A stretch of 64,000 nucleotides of DNA from Rhodosorus marinus CCMP1338. Its lineage: Eukaryota; Plantae; Rhodophyta. Of this stretch, positions 44,248-56,453 are shown one piece after another. Below the pieces are notes generated by a model that was given only the letters and a program-made list of their open reading frames with translations, did no database searches and was not told where the DNA came from. Each line of letters begins with the position of its first letter. Position 1 is the stretch's first letter. Location of the stretch: positions 124,001 to 188,000 of the forward strand of contig JAMWBK010000011.1 of assembly GCA_029953675.1 (NCBI GenBank), given 5' to 3'. Both the position numbers and the translations under genes were made by a program.

Positions 44248-47197
44248 GATTGGTGTTGGATTTTCTCTGGCAGCAGGTCGCCGCGAACCCTCACTGCTCT
44301 CTTCGCTGGGAACTCTTGTTCTTTTTTCCCCGCCTCGTGCTCACCTCCTCTACCGTCCCCCTCAACCGACATCCTCGCCGGGTCCACCCTCGCCGAAAAC
44401 TGCAAATGTTCCTTTCCGGCGACTTTGAGGACCTCGAACGTCTTTATTTCGCTTCTCTCTCTTCCTTTTCTCCTAGTGCTCCCTCAGCTTTTAGGTCTTC
44501 TGGACAGAATCGGGCGCGTCACGCGGTGGCAGGCGGTGATCAGCGGCGGGCAGCCGGGATCCTCCAGCAGCGGCAACCTGTGGTTCCATACTCCGGTGAT
44601 CTTTCTTCACCGCTCCGTTTGCTCTTTCCCTCGGAAGGCTCCCCTTGGGACTCCTCGTTTGAATCAGTGTTGGAAGAGTACCGCGCCGCGCCACATCCCA
44701 GTGCGCGGTTAGTGGTCAATCTGGAGGCGGTGCTTGAGTTGGTTCATGATGCTCCGAAGGGCCGTTCCCCAGGGCCCTCGGGGCTGCGGGTGGAATATCT
44801 CCGTTCCTTAAGTGATGAAGGTTTGAAGGCGTTGGCGTGGGTGGTCGAAGCGCTTGTGAATGGTGATCCCCTGTGTGAGTGTGCGTGGTTCTTGGTTGGG
44901 CGTTCGCAGTTGTGTCTGCTTTCGAAGCCCGGCCACACCTCCTCGAGCCCTGCTATTCGCCCTATTGGCCTGGTTGAGGTGGTCCGCAAATTGGCGGCGC
45001 GATGGTTAGTGAAAATCCTGGTTCCCGAATCCCGCCGTTTCTTTGGGCACGTGCAGTTAGGCGTGGGCTATCGTGGTGGCTGTGAGTTGTTGTCTGTTTT
45101 ACTCCGTTCGGAAATGGCGTACTCCCCAGATTCTGGGCTCCTCTCTGTAGATTTTACCAATGCGTTCAACCGCGTCTCTCGTCCGGCTCTCATGCACGTG
45201 GTGCGCGAAGTCTTCCCTGTAGGCTTTCCCTTTGTTAGTAGACTTTATTCTCCGCTTGGTCGGGGGGCTACCTATGACACCCTTGGCGCTTCCTCACACA
45301 CGTTTGCGGCGCGCACAGGGGTACAACAGGGTGATCCCTTGTCCCCTTTCCTACATGCCTGTGGACTACAACTCGTCTTGCTTTGTCTTCGCTCCGAATT
45401 CCCGCAGGTTCGTACGGTTGCATACCACGACGACGTGTGCCTCCTGGGGCCCCCTGATACTCTAGCACTCGCTTATGATCGTCTCCGCTCCTTGGCTTCG
45501 CGGGTTGACCTGGAGGTTAATCATCACAAATCGTTCTACTGGGGAGGTGTAGCTGCACGAGAGCAGCAGGTACCTGCGTCGTTCCAGGATATTTGGAGAC
45601 CGGATGGTTTTGTCCACTTAGGCATCCCCTACGGGTCGCCGTCCTTCGTTGAAGGCGAGTTGCTGCAGCTCCTCGGTACAGACAGCTGGTTGCAGAGCTT
45701 CGACGGCTACCTCCGGGCTTTCTCCAGTGCTCGTTGTTGCTGTTTCGGTATTGTTGCAGTCAGCGGTTAACCTATTGGCTTCGCTCACTTCCAACTCATT
45801 GGGGCCGGTGGTTGGCCACTCGTGCGGATGCTGAAAGTTTCCGTGACCTGGGGTATTTTCTCGATGAAGAGCTGAGCGCTCTGCCGCGACCCACCTCTGA
45901 TGTCGTGCGCGCCCAGGTAGGCCTCCCATTGCGATTGGGGGGACTGGGCCTCTGCAATCGTGTTGTGGTCCAACCTGCAGCCGCAGTAGGGGCCTGGGGA
46001 ACCGCACTTCCCACTTTGAGCAGCTTGGGTATCTCGAAGTTCCGCAATTTGATGGCGAGCCTCTCGCGGGGTGTCTTGCTTCCCAGCGTACCGGAAAGCG
46101 CCCGAGACTTGTTTCTGGAGCTCCAAACCGCCCTGAATTCCTGTACTAGTCTCCCCGAAACCGTTCAACCCCGTCTTCCTGACTGGCGAGCTGTATTTGA
46201 CCGCTCTCGAGGCTCCGCCCCGGGGATTCGTCCTGCGCCTGAACCTGTTCTAGGGGAGATTGACCCAGTGGTTGCCGCAGAAGAAGAAGTTCCAGTTGAT
46301 CCTCCTGATGATTCCCAGCGCGCTGGGAGCCGAGCTCAAGCACGCACGGATGCGCTGCAAAATATCCTTTCTTGGGACTTGCACCGTGCTGCATATGGCC
46401 GACTCCTCGCGCAGATGGTCTCATCTTCTCGCGCTCGCGCCCGCCTACGTAGTCTTCGAGGGGTTATTAGCTCTCAGTGGCTCATGACCGTACCAGCCTT
46501 TCCGCCACTCACACTGTCGGATTTCGAAGTGCGTACTTCACTGCGCTTATATCTCGGCTTACATCAGCCCCCTTGGCCGTACGAGATGGGTTCGTCGTGC
46601 CCTCTCTGCTCTCAGACTGAAGACAACGCAGATTTTGGCGCCCACCTGCTCCCTAGTTGCCCGGCGGTGAAAGGTGCTCGAACCCGCCGCCACACACGGA
46701 TCTTGAACCTGTTATACCGGGAACTTCGGCCTATAGTCCGGCAAGCCGGTCTGGAAATCGAACGAGAGAAACCTTTACCCGTCGCGGACTTTCAAAATGA
46801 TGAACGCCGTGTAGCCGACCTGGTGATCACCTGTGACGCCAGCCGCCGTACCACATACGTTGATCTTGCTGTTCCTAACCCTCAAGCTAGTCGTTATCTC
46901 CCGGCTGCGGGGGAGCGCCGTGGATCTGCCGCCGCCAGCATGAGACGCCGCAAAGAGATCAAATACGCGGGGGCTTTGTCTTCCCCTGGTGTTCGTGCTT
47001 CGGCACTAGCACATCGCTTGGTACCCCTGATCATTGAGTGCTTTGGGTTCATGGACTCTGTTGGTTCTCGCTGGCTTCGGGAGTTGTTCCGCGAACGCCC
47101 TGACCGTCTTCAATCGTTGTTTACCCGCTTAAGTTTCCTGCTGTGGCGCATGAATGCCGCTTTGATGTTGGAGGCGCGAGTACTTCGCCGCGCTTAG
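44085..47197 (+). pseudogene. ORF2 of the CRE-like element: RT, zinc knuckle and RLE, with one frameshift near 45670-45690
   Basis: RSPGPSGLR, IRPIGLVEVVRKL, QLGVG, VDFTNAFNRVSR, TGVQQGDPLSP, AYHDDV, HLGIPYGS; the next frame has LLLFRYC, CPLC..HLLPSC..RHT, VADL..YVDL..RKEIKY, IIECFG, LWRMNA. Confidence 0.9.
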
Positions 47198-47426
47198 TCT
47201 TTTTTTCCCCTCGGGGTTTTTTTTTCAGCCTCCGATTAAACCATTCGTTCGAAGGGTGCTAGCCAAGGGCCTGGCAAGGGAATCCAAACGTTTTTGCTGC
47301 CGATGTTTTATGTTTCGCCTATGGAAGGGAGAAAACGATACTCGTCTCGTCTAACTATATTATCAGACCCAGCATGATCTCATACAACTATTCCCTAGTT
47401 GCCAGACTGACGTAGGAGCCACTGGG

Positions 47427-47632
47427 TGAGCTCAAGTGGTCAGGGAGAGCGGGCGAGGGGTAAGCGGGGAGGGTACCCCGGCCACTGAGAAGCCTGATGC
47501 AGGCACTAGTGATTTGAGCTAGCTCGCCCGAAATTTATCTTTACGTAAGTTCTTATCCCCTCCTTTCGTAAAGTTGAGCTCAAGTGATCAGGGAGAGCGG
47601 GCGAGGGGTAAGCCGGGAGGGTACCCTGGCCA
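47427..47632 (+). repeat. Direct repeat, about 57 bp x2 (47427-47484, 47575-47632)
   Basis: TGAGCTCAAGTG.TCAGGGAGAGCGGGCGAGGGGTAAGC.GGGAGGGTACCC.GGCCA occurs twice. Confidence 0.9.
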
Positions 47633-48232
47633 AAGGTGTCCAAGCAGAACGGCACGAAGGTGCGTCGTTTTGACTCGCAATAAAGTCTCGATGCTTGGAG
47701 ATCTTGAATTGCTCCCCTCGATACGCAGCATACCCAGTCTTCCGCTCCATTCTAGGCAAGATATGCATGCTGGAGCGGGGAAATGATCTTCACGTCTAGT
47801 ACGTATTCCTTGCCCGGAGGATGACGAGCCACAAGCTCAGGCCGTAAACCGGTTCCTGGATAGTAGTTCGAGGGCTCCACGGCAACTTCCAGTCGCCACC
47901 GTTGTAAGACCTCAGCGAAGCAATCCGCACACGCGATTGTGGAGGGGAGTCCAGTTCCCAGTCGAACTCACGCATCGATGCGGCCTTTAATCCCAAACAT
48001 TGTGTGGTTTCGTACATATCTTACGTGTGTACATGAACTAAGAGCTCGTAGTCAACCCCAGCAATTGTCGCAGACTCAGCATCATTTCCTCCATGCTCAG
48101 CTCCACACTGCGGGAAGTCCAACGAGACACTACCGGTTATTTGCGCCGACCTTATTCGCGCCCGAATTACCCGCCCAGGTCGCCGTTCTCCAAAAACTCT
48201 TCGAAAGCCCTTCGGTTTGTCCAACTGGATTT

Positions 48233-49345
48233 GAACCGAAGTGAGAGCGAGAACGGGTATTCGGCGAAGTAGCTGAGTACTGCAATATCGCCCACCCCAA
48301 GAAACAATGAGGATTGAGAAACCGGATGAGAAGTTTACTCCAATCGCAATTGCGAGTTTTGTGCGGACTGTACAAATGGAATTGTTGCGCGATGGCTGCA
48401 AGCACGTACTACACCGGAGCTCGGAGCTGAGCGATGTGCGGGCTCAGATGAACAGGAGGCTATGGCAAAGCAACGCCGAGATTGCACTAGGCGCTCCGCG
48501 TGTGGACCAACTGGAAAATCGACTGGTTTCTGTTTTTTCTGGACAGGGGGTTTGTTGAATAGAACCATTACCCCAAGCTGCAGGGTCTTCTGGTGCGCCG
48601 CCTTGGGGGGTTTCCCTCGTCTGCTGCAGGGTGACTAGTCTTTGGGGGAGGGAGTTTGGTTTCTAGGTCCAATTGGCGTTGTATTGCTGTTCGTTTGGCG
48701 TTCCGTCTGTAGAAACCGCGGTGGTTTGGTGGTTTGAAACCAAAGTCAAAAAAACAAACCAAACCACCAAACCACCACGGTTTCTACAGACGGAACGCCA
48801 AACGAACACACCCCGACGGGACTACAATGGTCAACAGCACACACAGCAGCCCAGATCCGCGCATCTGCCCGGGCAATACAACGCCGATTGTGCCCAGAAA
48901 CCAACCCGCTCCCCCCTCCCGCGGGTCAGGAGACTCGTCACCCTGCAGCACGCGAGGGAAACCCCAAGGCGGCGCACGAGAAGACCTGCAGCTTCGGGTA
49001 ATGGTTCTATTCAACAAACCCTCTCTCGAGAAAAGAAAGAAACCGGTCGATTTTCCAGCTGGTCCATACGCAGAGCGCCTAGTGCAATCTTGGCGTTGTC
49101 TTGCCATAGCCTCCTGTTCATGTGAGCCCGCACATCGCTCAGGTACGACCTCCGGTGTAATAAGCGTTTGCAGCTGTCGCGCAACAATTCCATTTGTAGA
49201 GTCCGCGCAAAACTCGCAATTGCGATTGGAATATACTTGTCATCCAGTTTCTCAATTCTCATTGCTTCCTCGGGGTGTGCGATATTACAGATATCAGCTA
49301 CCTTCGCCGTGTACCCGTTCTCGCTCTCACTTCGGTTCAAATAAG
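48233..49345. mobile_element. Two tail-to-tail 3' fragments of CRE-like subfamily D forming an imperfect palindrome
   Basis: 48233-48735 (+) and 48757-49345 (-) encode degenerate F.PIAIASF..RRLWQ.NA. Both end in CCGTCTGTAGAAACC..GGTGGTTTGGTGGTTTG. Confidence 0.85.
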
Positions 49346-49647
49346 AATGGTCCTATTCAACAAACTCTCTCTCGAGAGGCACGCAATACTGCATTCCAGC
49401 GCTTGGTCACGAATCCACGAATTTCCCTCGAAACGCGTGCTCTCATCCGGTCAGCAGCGCGGATCCGGAGGGGGAGTGTGGCTGCGGGAAATACTCACGC
49501 TTGAGCAGATAAAATTGAGCTGGACAGAAATGCAGTGAACAGACGACAACTGTTGGGCTTGTTGATCCCGGGATTGCGGACTACAGAAATTGGTACTACT
49601 TAGAGTAGTACGCACCGTACTAACAGAATACAAAGGTTTCGTCATCA

Positions 49648-52050
49648 TCCGTTTATTCAGAGCCTAACCACCTGAGAAGCGAGAAACAAGACGCTGATGG
49701 CGCGCGTACAATAATAACGCAGTGTTAGAACGCCAGATAGTCAAAGATAGCTCAGTGAGGAGGCTATCAAGACGGGCCCTGCGTTGTTGCGAAAGAACGC
49801 ACGAAGCCATCGAGAACCTACACTATCAACTAACCAAAGCACCTGATGGTGAGACAAACGGGTAGGACAGTGCCGAATCACGAGGCGGAGAGTCTAACAT
49901 AGACGCAGCGTACTGGGATTCCTTCGGTTGCCGCATTGACTGAGCTGCAGCGCCTCGGCGTCGAGCAGATGCTGGCAGGTATCTGGTAGCCTGGGGATAA
50001 AGGATAGAAAGGTGCCTATGTACTCACTTTGACGAGAAATCAGATCAGTGACCACTAGGTCCGCCACCCGTTCCACCACTGGGGCGTCAAGCTCAGCATT
50101 AAGGTGGGCGGCAAAGACTTGACGAGCGGCGACAGAAAGGCCCCCATGATTTAGGGCACCACGGTGGAGCCACAGCATCGGTTAGTGGTGGAGCAAATAA
50201 AGGCGAAGCAGGTCACTCTGCGAGTGACGAAGCTTTTCAGTGGTGTTCAGCCATTCTAGAGAAGTCTGGGAGAGACGAGCCGCATGGATACGGTGAGCAG
50301 GGTGGGCCATAGGTAGGAGTGAAAGCTCCGGTGTTGACGGCGTTACGTACCAACTGGAAAACCTGGCGGTGAGCGACGATGTAGACGTGCCCGTCAAAGT
50401 GGTCCATGCCAAGAATGCACTGGGCTGCAGCTTGGCAAGCCGAACAATGTCCCACGAGTGCTGGGCTTTACTCTTCGAGGGGTCTGTTCGGCGCGCGTTC
50501 AAGAGGACAAACCGGAGGAGGTCCTCCTTAGGCAGGTAGATCGTGCCCTCTATGCTCTAGAAGACGACCCGGTTAGGCCCGGTTGATTGCGGCGGACGAT
50601 TGCCTGCAACTGCAGCTCCGTGACTATCTAGACGCCCTGGGTCGTTGTGAAAGAGACCTCGCAGCCAGCGAGAAACTACACTATCTATCAAGCCAAAGCA
50701 CTCAATAATGAGGGGGACGAACCGGTATGACACCGCCGAATCGCGAAAGCTAGGGTTTGACATCGCTGCCGCGTATTGCGATTCTTTCACATGCCGCATG
50801 GACCGAGCTGCAGCCCCTCGACGCCGAGCGGACACAGGCAGGTACCTCGTCGCCTGAGGACAAAGGATCGAGAGGTCAATGTACTCACTGCGACGCAAAA
50901 TTACGTCAGTCACAACGAGATCCGCCTCCCGCTGTACCGCTGGGGCATCACTCCCGTCAGCAATTCCGATGCCGCCGCCGGAGGGACCTCACACTCCACT
51001 TCTCGGTCCGTACCGAGCGATTGAGAACGAAGGTAGCGGAAAAGCAAGCGGTTGAGCCGAGTATAGCCTCTGGTCCGGGCCCCTTGAACCTCTGCACAAG
51101 ACGCCAACTAATGCGCACCATAATCACCCCACGGCACCTTGGCCCCGCATAACGCACATCAAGAATTCCGCTCAACAGGCCAAGGGGGTTGCGGCAACCC
51201 CAGGTACAGTCGTAAGCTTACACGAAATTCGAGATCGGTAAGCGCCAGCCGCGGATACGCAGGTATGACCGTGAAGAAGCGCGAGCTGAGACTTCCCCCC
51301 AAACCGCAGGCGAGCCAAGTCGAGGCCGAGCACGAAGGTGAACTCAGAAGGGTGGTATACGAGTCCCGATGTACGTCCCACGAAAGGCTTTTTGGATTAC
51401 ATCGGTCCTCGAGGGGCCGGACCCGACCGGGAAACGCCCTCCTCTGGCAGTCTCGACGGCACAGCCACGGCGTCAATATCCTCGGCAGCTTCTACACCAC
51501 TGTCCAACCTCGACTGGACTATGGCAGCGGCAGCACCACGAGATCTGGACAGAGTTGGCCCGGTGATGGTTGAACTTTATCGACATTGTACCAGAGCCAG
51601 AGGGGGTACTTTGAAAACTACGGACTACGAACAAACATCGTTGGTACGCATGCCAGGACCTTCGAACAGTAGCGTTGGATGTGACGATTGTATCACCCCT
51701 TCGGCGAAGCATTTGAACCGAAGTGAGAGCGAGAACGGTTGCGCAGCGAAGGTAACCGAGAGCTGGAAGATCGCACACTACAAGGAAGCAATAAGGATTG
51801 AGAAACCGAATAAAAATTTTTTTTACTCCAATCGCAAATGAGAGTTTCGGGAGGACTGGACAAATGGCGCTGGAATTCTTGCTCAATAGCTGCAGCTGTA
51901 AGCACTGATTACCGACCGGAGCGCGGAGATGAGCGATATGCGGGTCAGATGAACGAGACTCTATGGCAAGGTAACGCCGAGATTGCACCAGGCGCACTGC
52001 GTGTGGACCTGTTGGAAAATGCACTGGTTTCTGTTTTTTCTTTTGAACGT
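49648..52050. mobile_element. Composite block: subfamily B fragments (-; 3' end, ORF1 remnant, RLE, zinc knuckle) abutting subfamily D (+)
   Basis: YLPVSARRRGAAARSMRHVKESQY..FVPLIIECFG on minus; ALDVTIVSP-like and LWQGNA remnants on plus; 3' end TTAGGCTCTGAATAAA near 49650. Confidence 0.8.
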
Positions 52051-52149
52051 AACGTGAGACCCGGTAGCGGGGTTACCGTAAGTACTCCCCTAGATGGCGG
52101 TAGAAATAGTGTTACACTGAAGTAGGCAGCTGCCCAGTAAAGCTTACGG

Positions 52150-52760
52150 CTACCTTAGTCTGGGACATGTACTATATGTTCACAACCCCATGACTCTGCA
52201 GGCATTCAAGGCCTTTACCACTGCACAAGTTCTACAGGGAGCTGGACACTGAGACATAGCATGGTCCGGGACGCTCTGGCTACACAACTCAGACAATGGA
52301 GACTGGAGGTGACGCTGGAACCGAGTGGACCCCGCCCAGGCAGCCACCTTCGACCGGACATTTTAGCTCGCCACCTTCGGAACGGGAAGCCGTACGTGGT
52401 CGACGTAAAAGTGAGCTCGCCGCTGTTAAAGACCTACCTATACAAAGCGTCCTGGGAGACAGGGTATTCGGCCCACAAGGCAGGGACGTCCAAATACCGG
52501 TGATCGGAGGTCATAATGATGACATTTTCGGGATCTTCTTCGTGGAGACGGGGGAGGGCTAAGCAAGCTGATGAATCTTTAGAGGAGTTGACTCTGCACT
52601 TGCACCACCCAGCGACACAAGTCAGCGACGCACGCGCAAAACTGAACCGGTGGAAAGGGAATGCACTACTTGCCCCGCAGGCGCGCCCAATTGACGAAGG
52701 GAACTATAACATCGTCCCTCTAGTAGAACATAGCCACACAACCCATTAGGGTTTTTTTAA
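52150..52760 (+). mobile_element. RLE fragment of another CRE-like subfamily (E)
   Basis: RH.MVRDAL..LRPDIL..VVDVKVSSP..KY, then F.IFFVET. Confidence 0.75.
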
Positions 52761-53169
52761 CGCATGGATAGATTGCTTATTCCCTCCTGACGGGCTCCAA
52801 TAGGGAGTCTTTTAGTAAAGCGCTCACGGTTACGTTAGTCTGGTGCTACTCTCGAGAGAGGCTCACCAAACCGCTTTCACCGGACTGTTCACTGGTCCCC
52901 TACTCGACAAAAAAACACCGAGACAAACCACCAAACCACCACTGTTTCTACAGACGGAACGCCAAATGAACACACCCCAACGGGACTACGATGGTCAACT
53001 GCACAACTAGCATCCCAGATCCATCTACCCCGGGACTAGGGCTGGTCTCACAGGTTTCAGCCTTTAATTGCGGAAAGCTTCGGGCATCTGGAAAAGTCAA
53101 GCTTGGAGTGGCAGCGCTAATGTTTCACCGAACATCCTGAAGAATATCTGGCGCTCCTCCGCCGTTTGA

Positions 53170-55210
53170 GTGTCACTCTCTGACGGTATCTAGCAACATG
53201 CTCGCCGATGCCGTCGCCTGGGCTTGCATGCTCTTCTCCCTAGTCCCTAGTTTCCTTTTACGTAGCGCGCCAGGCTGTGCTAGTAAATTCACCACCACCT
53301 CTTGACAATACGGGTTGTAGAGAACCGATTTTGCCTTGGCGATTGTTGGAAAAAACCTCTTCGGAAGGCCCGGCGGGGGACTCATGCGTCCAGGCAGAAA
53401 AGCACAGCACAGAGTTCGCGGTGCCTTCGTCCTGAGAGCATTGAGGGCACGAAGAACAAAAAATTAGTTTATAAGGTCATCTCATCGTCGAAATTTAAGT
53501 GCAGCCAGTCGACGCGAGCCAGGCCCAGAGCTCCAAGAATGGACCCCAGGACCAGAGCTGCTCGTTGGCGAGGGTTCCGAGTGGAGGTTGGTCATTCCAC
53601 GACTCACTTTCCTTTGGGGCTTTGGCTGGCGGTCGATGTTGATCTGGTCCTGTGACGTCTCCAACCCTTGTATGGGCTTGCCGGGGGCTGGAGCTTGTAG
53701 CTGGCCAGAGGGGCCGGGTGGGTGCACTGCTCGGGAGTGGCTGGCGGTCGATGTTGATCTGGTCCTGTGACGTCTCCAACCCTTGTATGGTCTTGCCGGG
53801 GGCTGGAGCTTGTAGCTGGCCAGAGGGGCCGGGTGGGTGCACTGCTCGGGCGCTCGGGGCCGGCAAGCTGAGTCGTGAACAGCCGCTGACTGGGGGGCCT
53901 AGCGGGATAGATCGCTCTTCGGCGGAGGAAGACGTTTTCACTTCCCCGGCAGGGAACTCAGTTTTCGCCGTCCGTACCTCTATGTGTCTGTAGGACCGCA
54001 CTTCTAAGTGCCGGAGCCTGCCGGCGCGAGGAAAGGGGTTTGAGAGCAACCTGAAGCAGGCGCGGTGGGGTAGCAGCATCGTCAGGAGAAGAGCACAAGG
54101 GGCATCGGGGATGAACGGAAGCCATGCAGTAGCTGCGGGGCAAGGCTGCTCCTAGGCGTGGAGCGAAAAGCGTCCGATCAAGCTTATCGGTAAGTTGGGC
54201 TTCACAAGCGGTGACAGCTAAGGCCCCGATGATTTACGGCATCACGGTGGAGGCACAACTTCGATAGTGGTGGAGCAAATACAGTCAGCCACTCTAGAGA
54301 CGTCTGGGAGAGACGAGGCGCATGGATACGATGAGCAGGATCGGGTGGGCCATAGGTAGGAGTGAAAGCCCCGTGTTGACGGCGGCACGTACCAAGTGGA
54401 AAGCCTGGCGGTGAGCGACGACGTAGACGTGCCCGTCAAAGTAGTTCATGCCAAGAATGTGCCTGGGCTATAGCTTGGCAAGCCGAACAAAGTCCCACGA
54501 ATGCTGGGCTTTACTCTTCGAGGGGTCTGTTCGACGAGCGTTCAAGAGGAAAAACGGGAGGAGGTCCTCGTTAGGCAGGTAGCTCGTTCCCTCCATGCTG
54601 GAGAAGAAAACCTGGTTGAAGGCCCCGGGCGATTGCTGCAGTTGCACGCGTTTGGGTGGTGCGCGAGCTGATTCCAGTACAAAAAAGGTAGGCTCGACGT
54701 CGACTGCTTGGATGGACTAGCTCTGAAGTTGGGCAGCCAGTGCATTGCGACTGCATTTGTGCCTGAGCTTCCAGAGTGCAGTCGAAATGCGGTTATGGGG
54801 CTAGCCGCAACTCGTATGTATTGTTGAAAAGAGTGCATTAGTTGATGGATGGATGGATAGATGGAGTACGTCGTCTGAAGACCCAAAAGCGCTAATCCTA
54901 ACCGAACCCGACGACGGGATCGCAGGTCGTCTGTGGTCATCGCTGCAGGGCCGGGCAAGGAAATATACGCCCTGTCCCTGGCCATCTGCGGAGCAGCACC
55001 GAGCGCTGCAGAGGTCATTCTCCTCCACAAGCTCTTCGTGCACCTGCTGGTGACTCTGCTGGAGGCTGCTGTTGAAGCGGACCTGTAGGCGTATGGCCAA
55101 GGGAAGGGGGATGAACATCCTCAAAGCTTCAGATGATACAAGTTGAGACTCGCCAGCAAGAAAACGAATGGATGCTCGGTTGTGAATACCTCTGGCCATT
55201 AGCGTGACCA
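53170..55210 (-). mobile_element. Heavily degraded CRE-like remnants (RT, ORF1 and zinc-knuckle pieces)
   Basis: AFGSSDDVL (RT-like), ORF1 remnant at 54215-54650 homologous to 50130-50630, RCPLC knuckle near 54100; many stops and frameshifts. Confidence 0.6.
53623..53850 (+). repeat. Tandem duplication, 115-bp period x2
   Basis: TGGCTGGCGGTCGATG..GCACTGCTCGGG at 53623 and 53738; one substitution seen. Confidence 0.95.
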
Positions 55211-55244
55211 ATGGAGGTCACGTAGAATCTTAGTAAAACAGGAG

Positions 55245-55600
55245 TTCCTTGTCCTCAGGCGACGAGGTTCCTGCCTGCGTCCGCTCGGCGTCGAAGAGCT
55301 GCAGCTTGGTCCATGCGGCATGTGAAAGAATCGCAGTACGCGGCAGCGATGTCAAACCCTAGCTTTCGCGATTCGGCGGTCACATACCGGTTCGTTCCCC
55401 TCGTTATTGAGTGCTTTGGCTTGATAGATAGCGTAGGTTCTCGCTGGCTTCGAGGTCTCTCTCGCAACGACCCAGGCGTCTAGATAGTCTGCTCACGGAG
55501 CTTTCTTTGACCCTGTGACGCTCAAATGCTGCTTTGTTTGTAGACGCGCGTCATCAGCCTCTTGTCTCTCGCTTCTCAGGGTAGTTAGGCTCTGAATAAA
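55245..55600 (+). mobile_element. 5'-truncated 3' end of CRE-like subfamily B
   Basis: FLPASARRRRAAAWSMRHVKESQY..FVPLVIECFG, ending TTAGGCTCTGAATAAA like the 49650 copy. Confidence 0.85.
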
Positions 55601-56453
55601 TGGATCAGTTTTGAAGCCCTGGCTCGTGGTGTTTGTTTAGGAGCTCCAAGAAAACTAGGTTCCTTTTGCTTGCTTTGGGGTTATTGTTTTATTCCGTACA
55701 AAAACGTCTTGTTTTAGTATCCAAAGCTACAGTTCCGAGATAACAATGCCTGTGACAAAGCGAGAAACTGCTAGGTACTCTTACTCAAACGTTGCACGTG
55801 GACTGTAGGTCGCATGAAGCTCGAAATTTCGTCGACAATTAGTGTCAGCTCGATCTGGCGCGCTACCGGAGTTACAGCCGTTCACCTATTCTGACGCGTT
55901 CTTTTTATCACTAGGACAATTTCAGAATCTCCAGCGACAGTGCTTGTTGACAGAATTTGACCTCGCGTTCATAAACACACTCTGTCCGCAACTGCCACCA
56001 CCTTAAAAACTGTGCCCCCCCCCCCCCAACGTATACTTGGCTCCTGGATCAGTGCAATGGTTGGTTGCATGGAACCCCTCCCCTCCTCCGCGGCGGAAAT
56101 TCTCACCAGGAGAATTGAAAGCACAACGCGAGTGGGACCGGCTATTCCTGCACCGTGAAGAGAAACCAGCGCAAGTTGCCCTCGACTATCCTCACCACAG
56201 AGGTTGGTTGAAATGTACACTGAAACTAGCGGCAAACTAGTAACCGCAAGCTTTACTGGGCAGCTGCCTACTGCAGCGCAACACTACGTCTAATCCTATC
56301 TAGGGAGAAAAAGAAGAGAACAGCGAGTTCTGCAAGAAACTGAGGCGCATTCGTTCTTTGTTTTCAAGTAGGATCCCCTTCGATAACCCTGTAGCCTTTA
56401 TTCGGCTGCTACCTACCGTAGCGCACCCCCTCTGTGGTATTGACTCAGTAGGA

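Larger units (their letters stand above)
42524..47247 (+). mobile_element. Near full-length CRE-like non-LTR retrotransposon, subfamily A (about 4.7 kb, two ORFs)
   Basis: ORF1 plus ORF2 with RT, zinc knuckle and RLE. Termini defined by homology with the copy at 61585-62993. No poly(A) tail; ends CCGATTAAACCATTCG. Confidence 0.92.
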
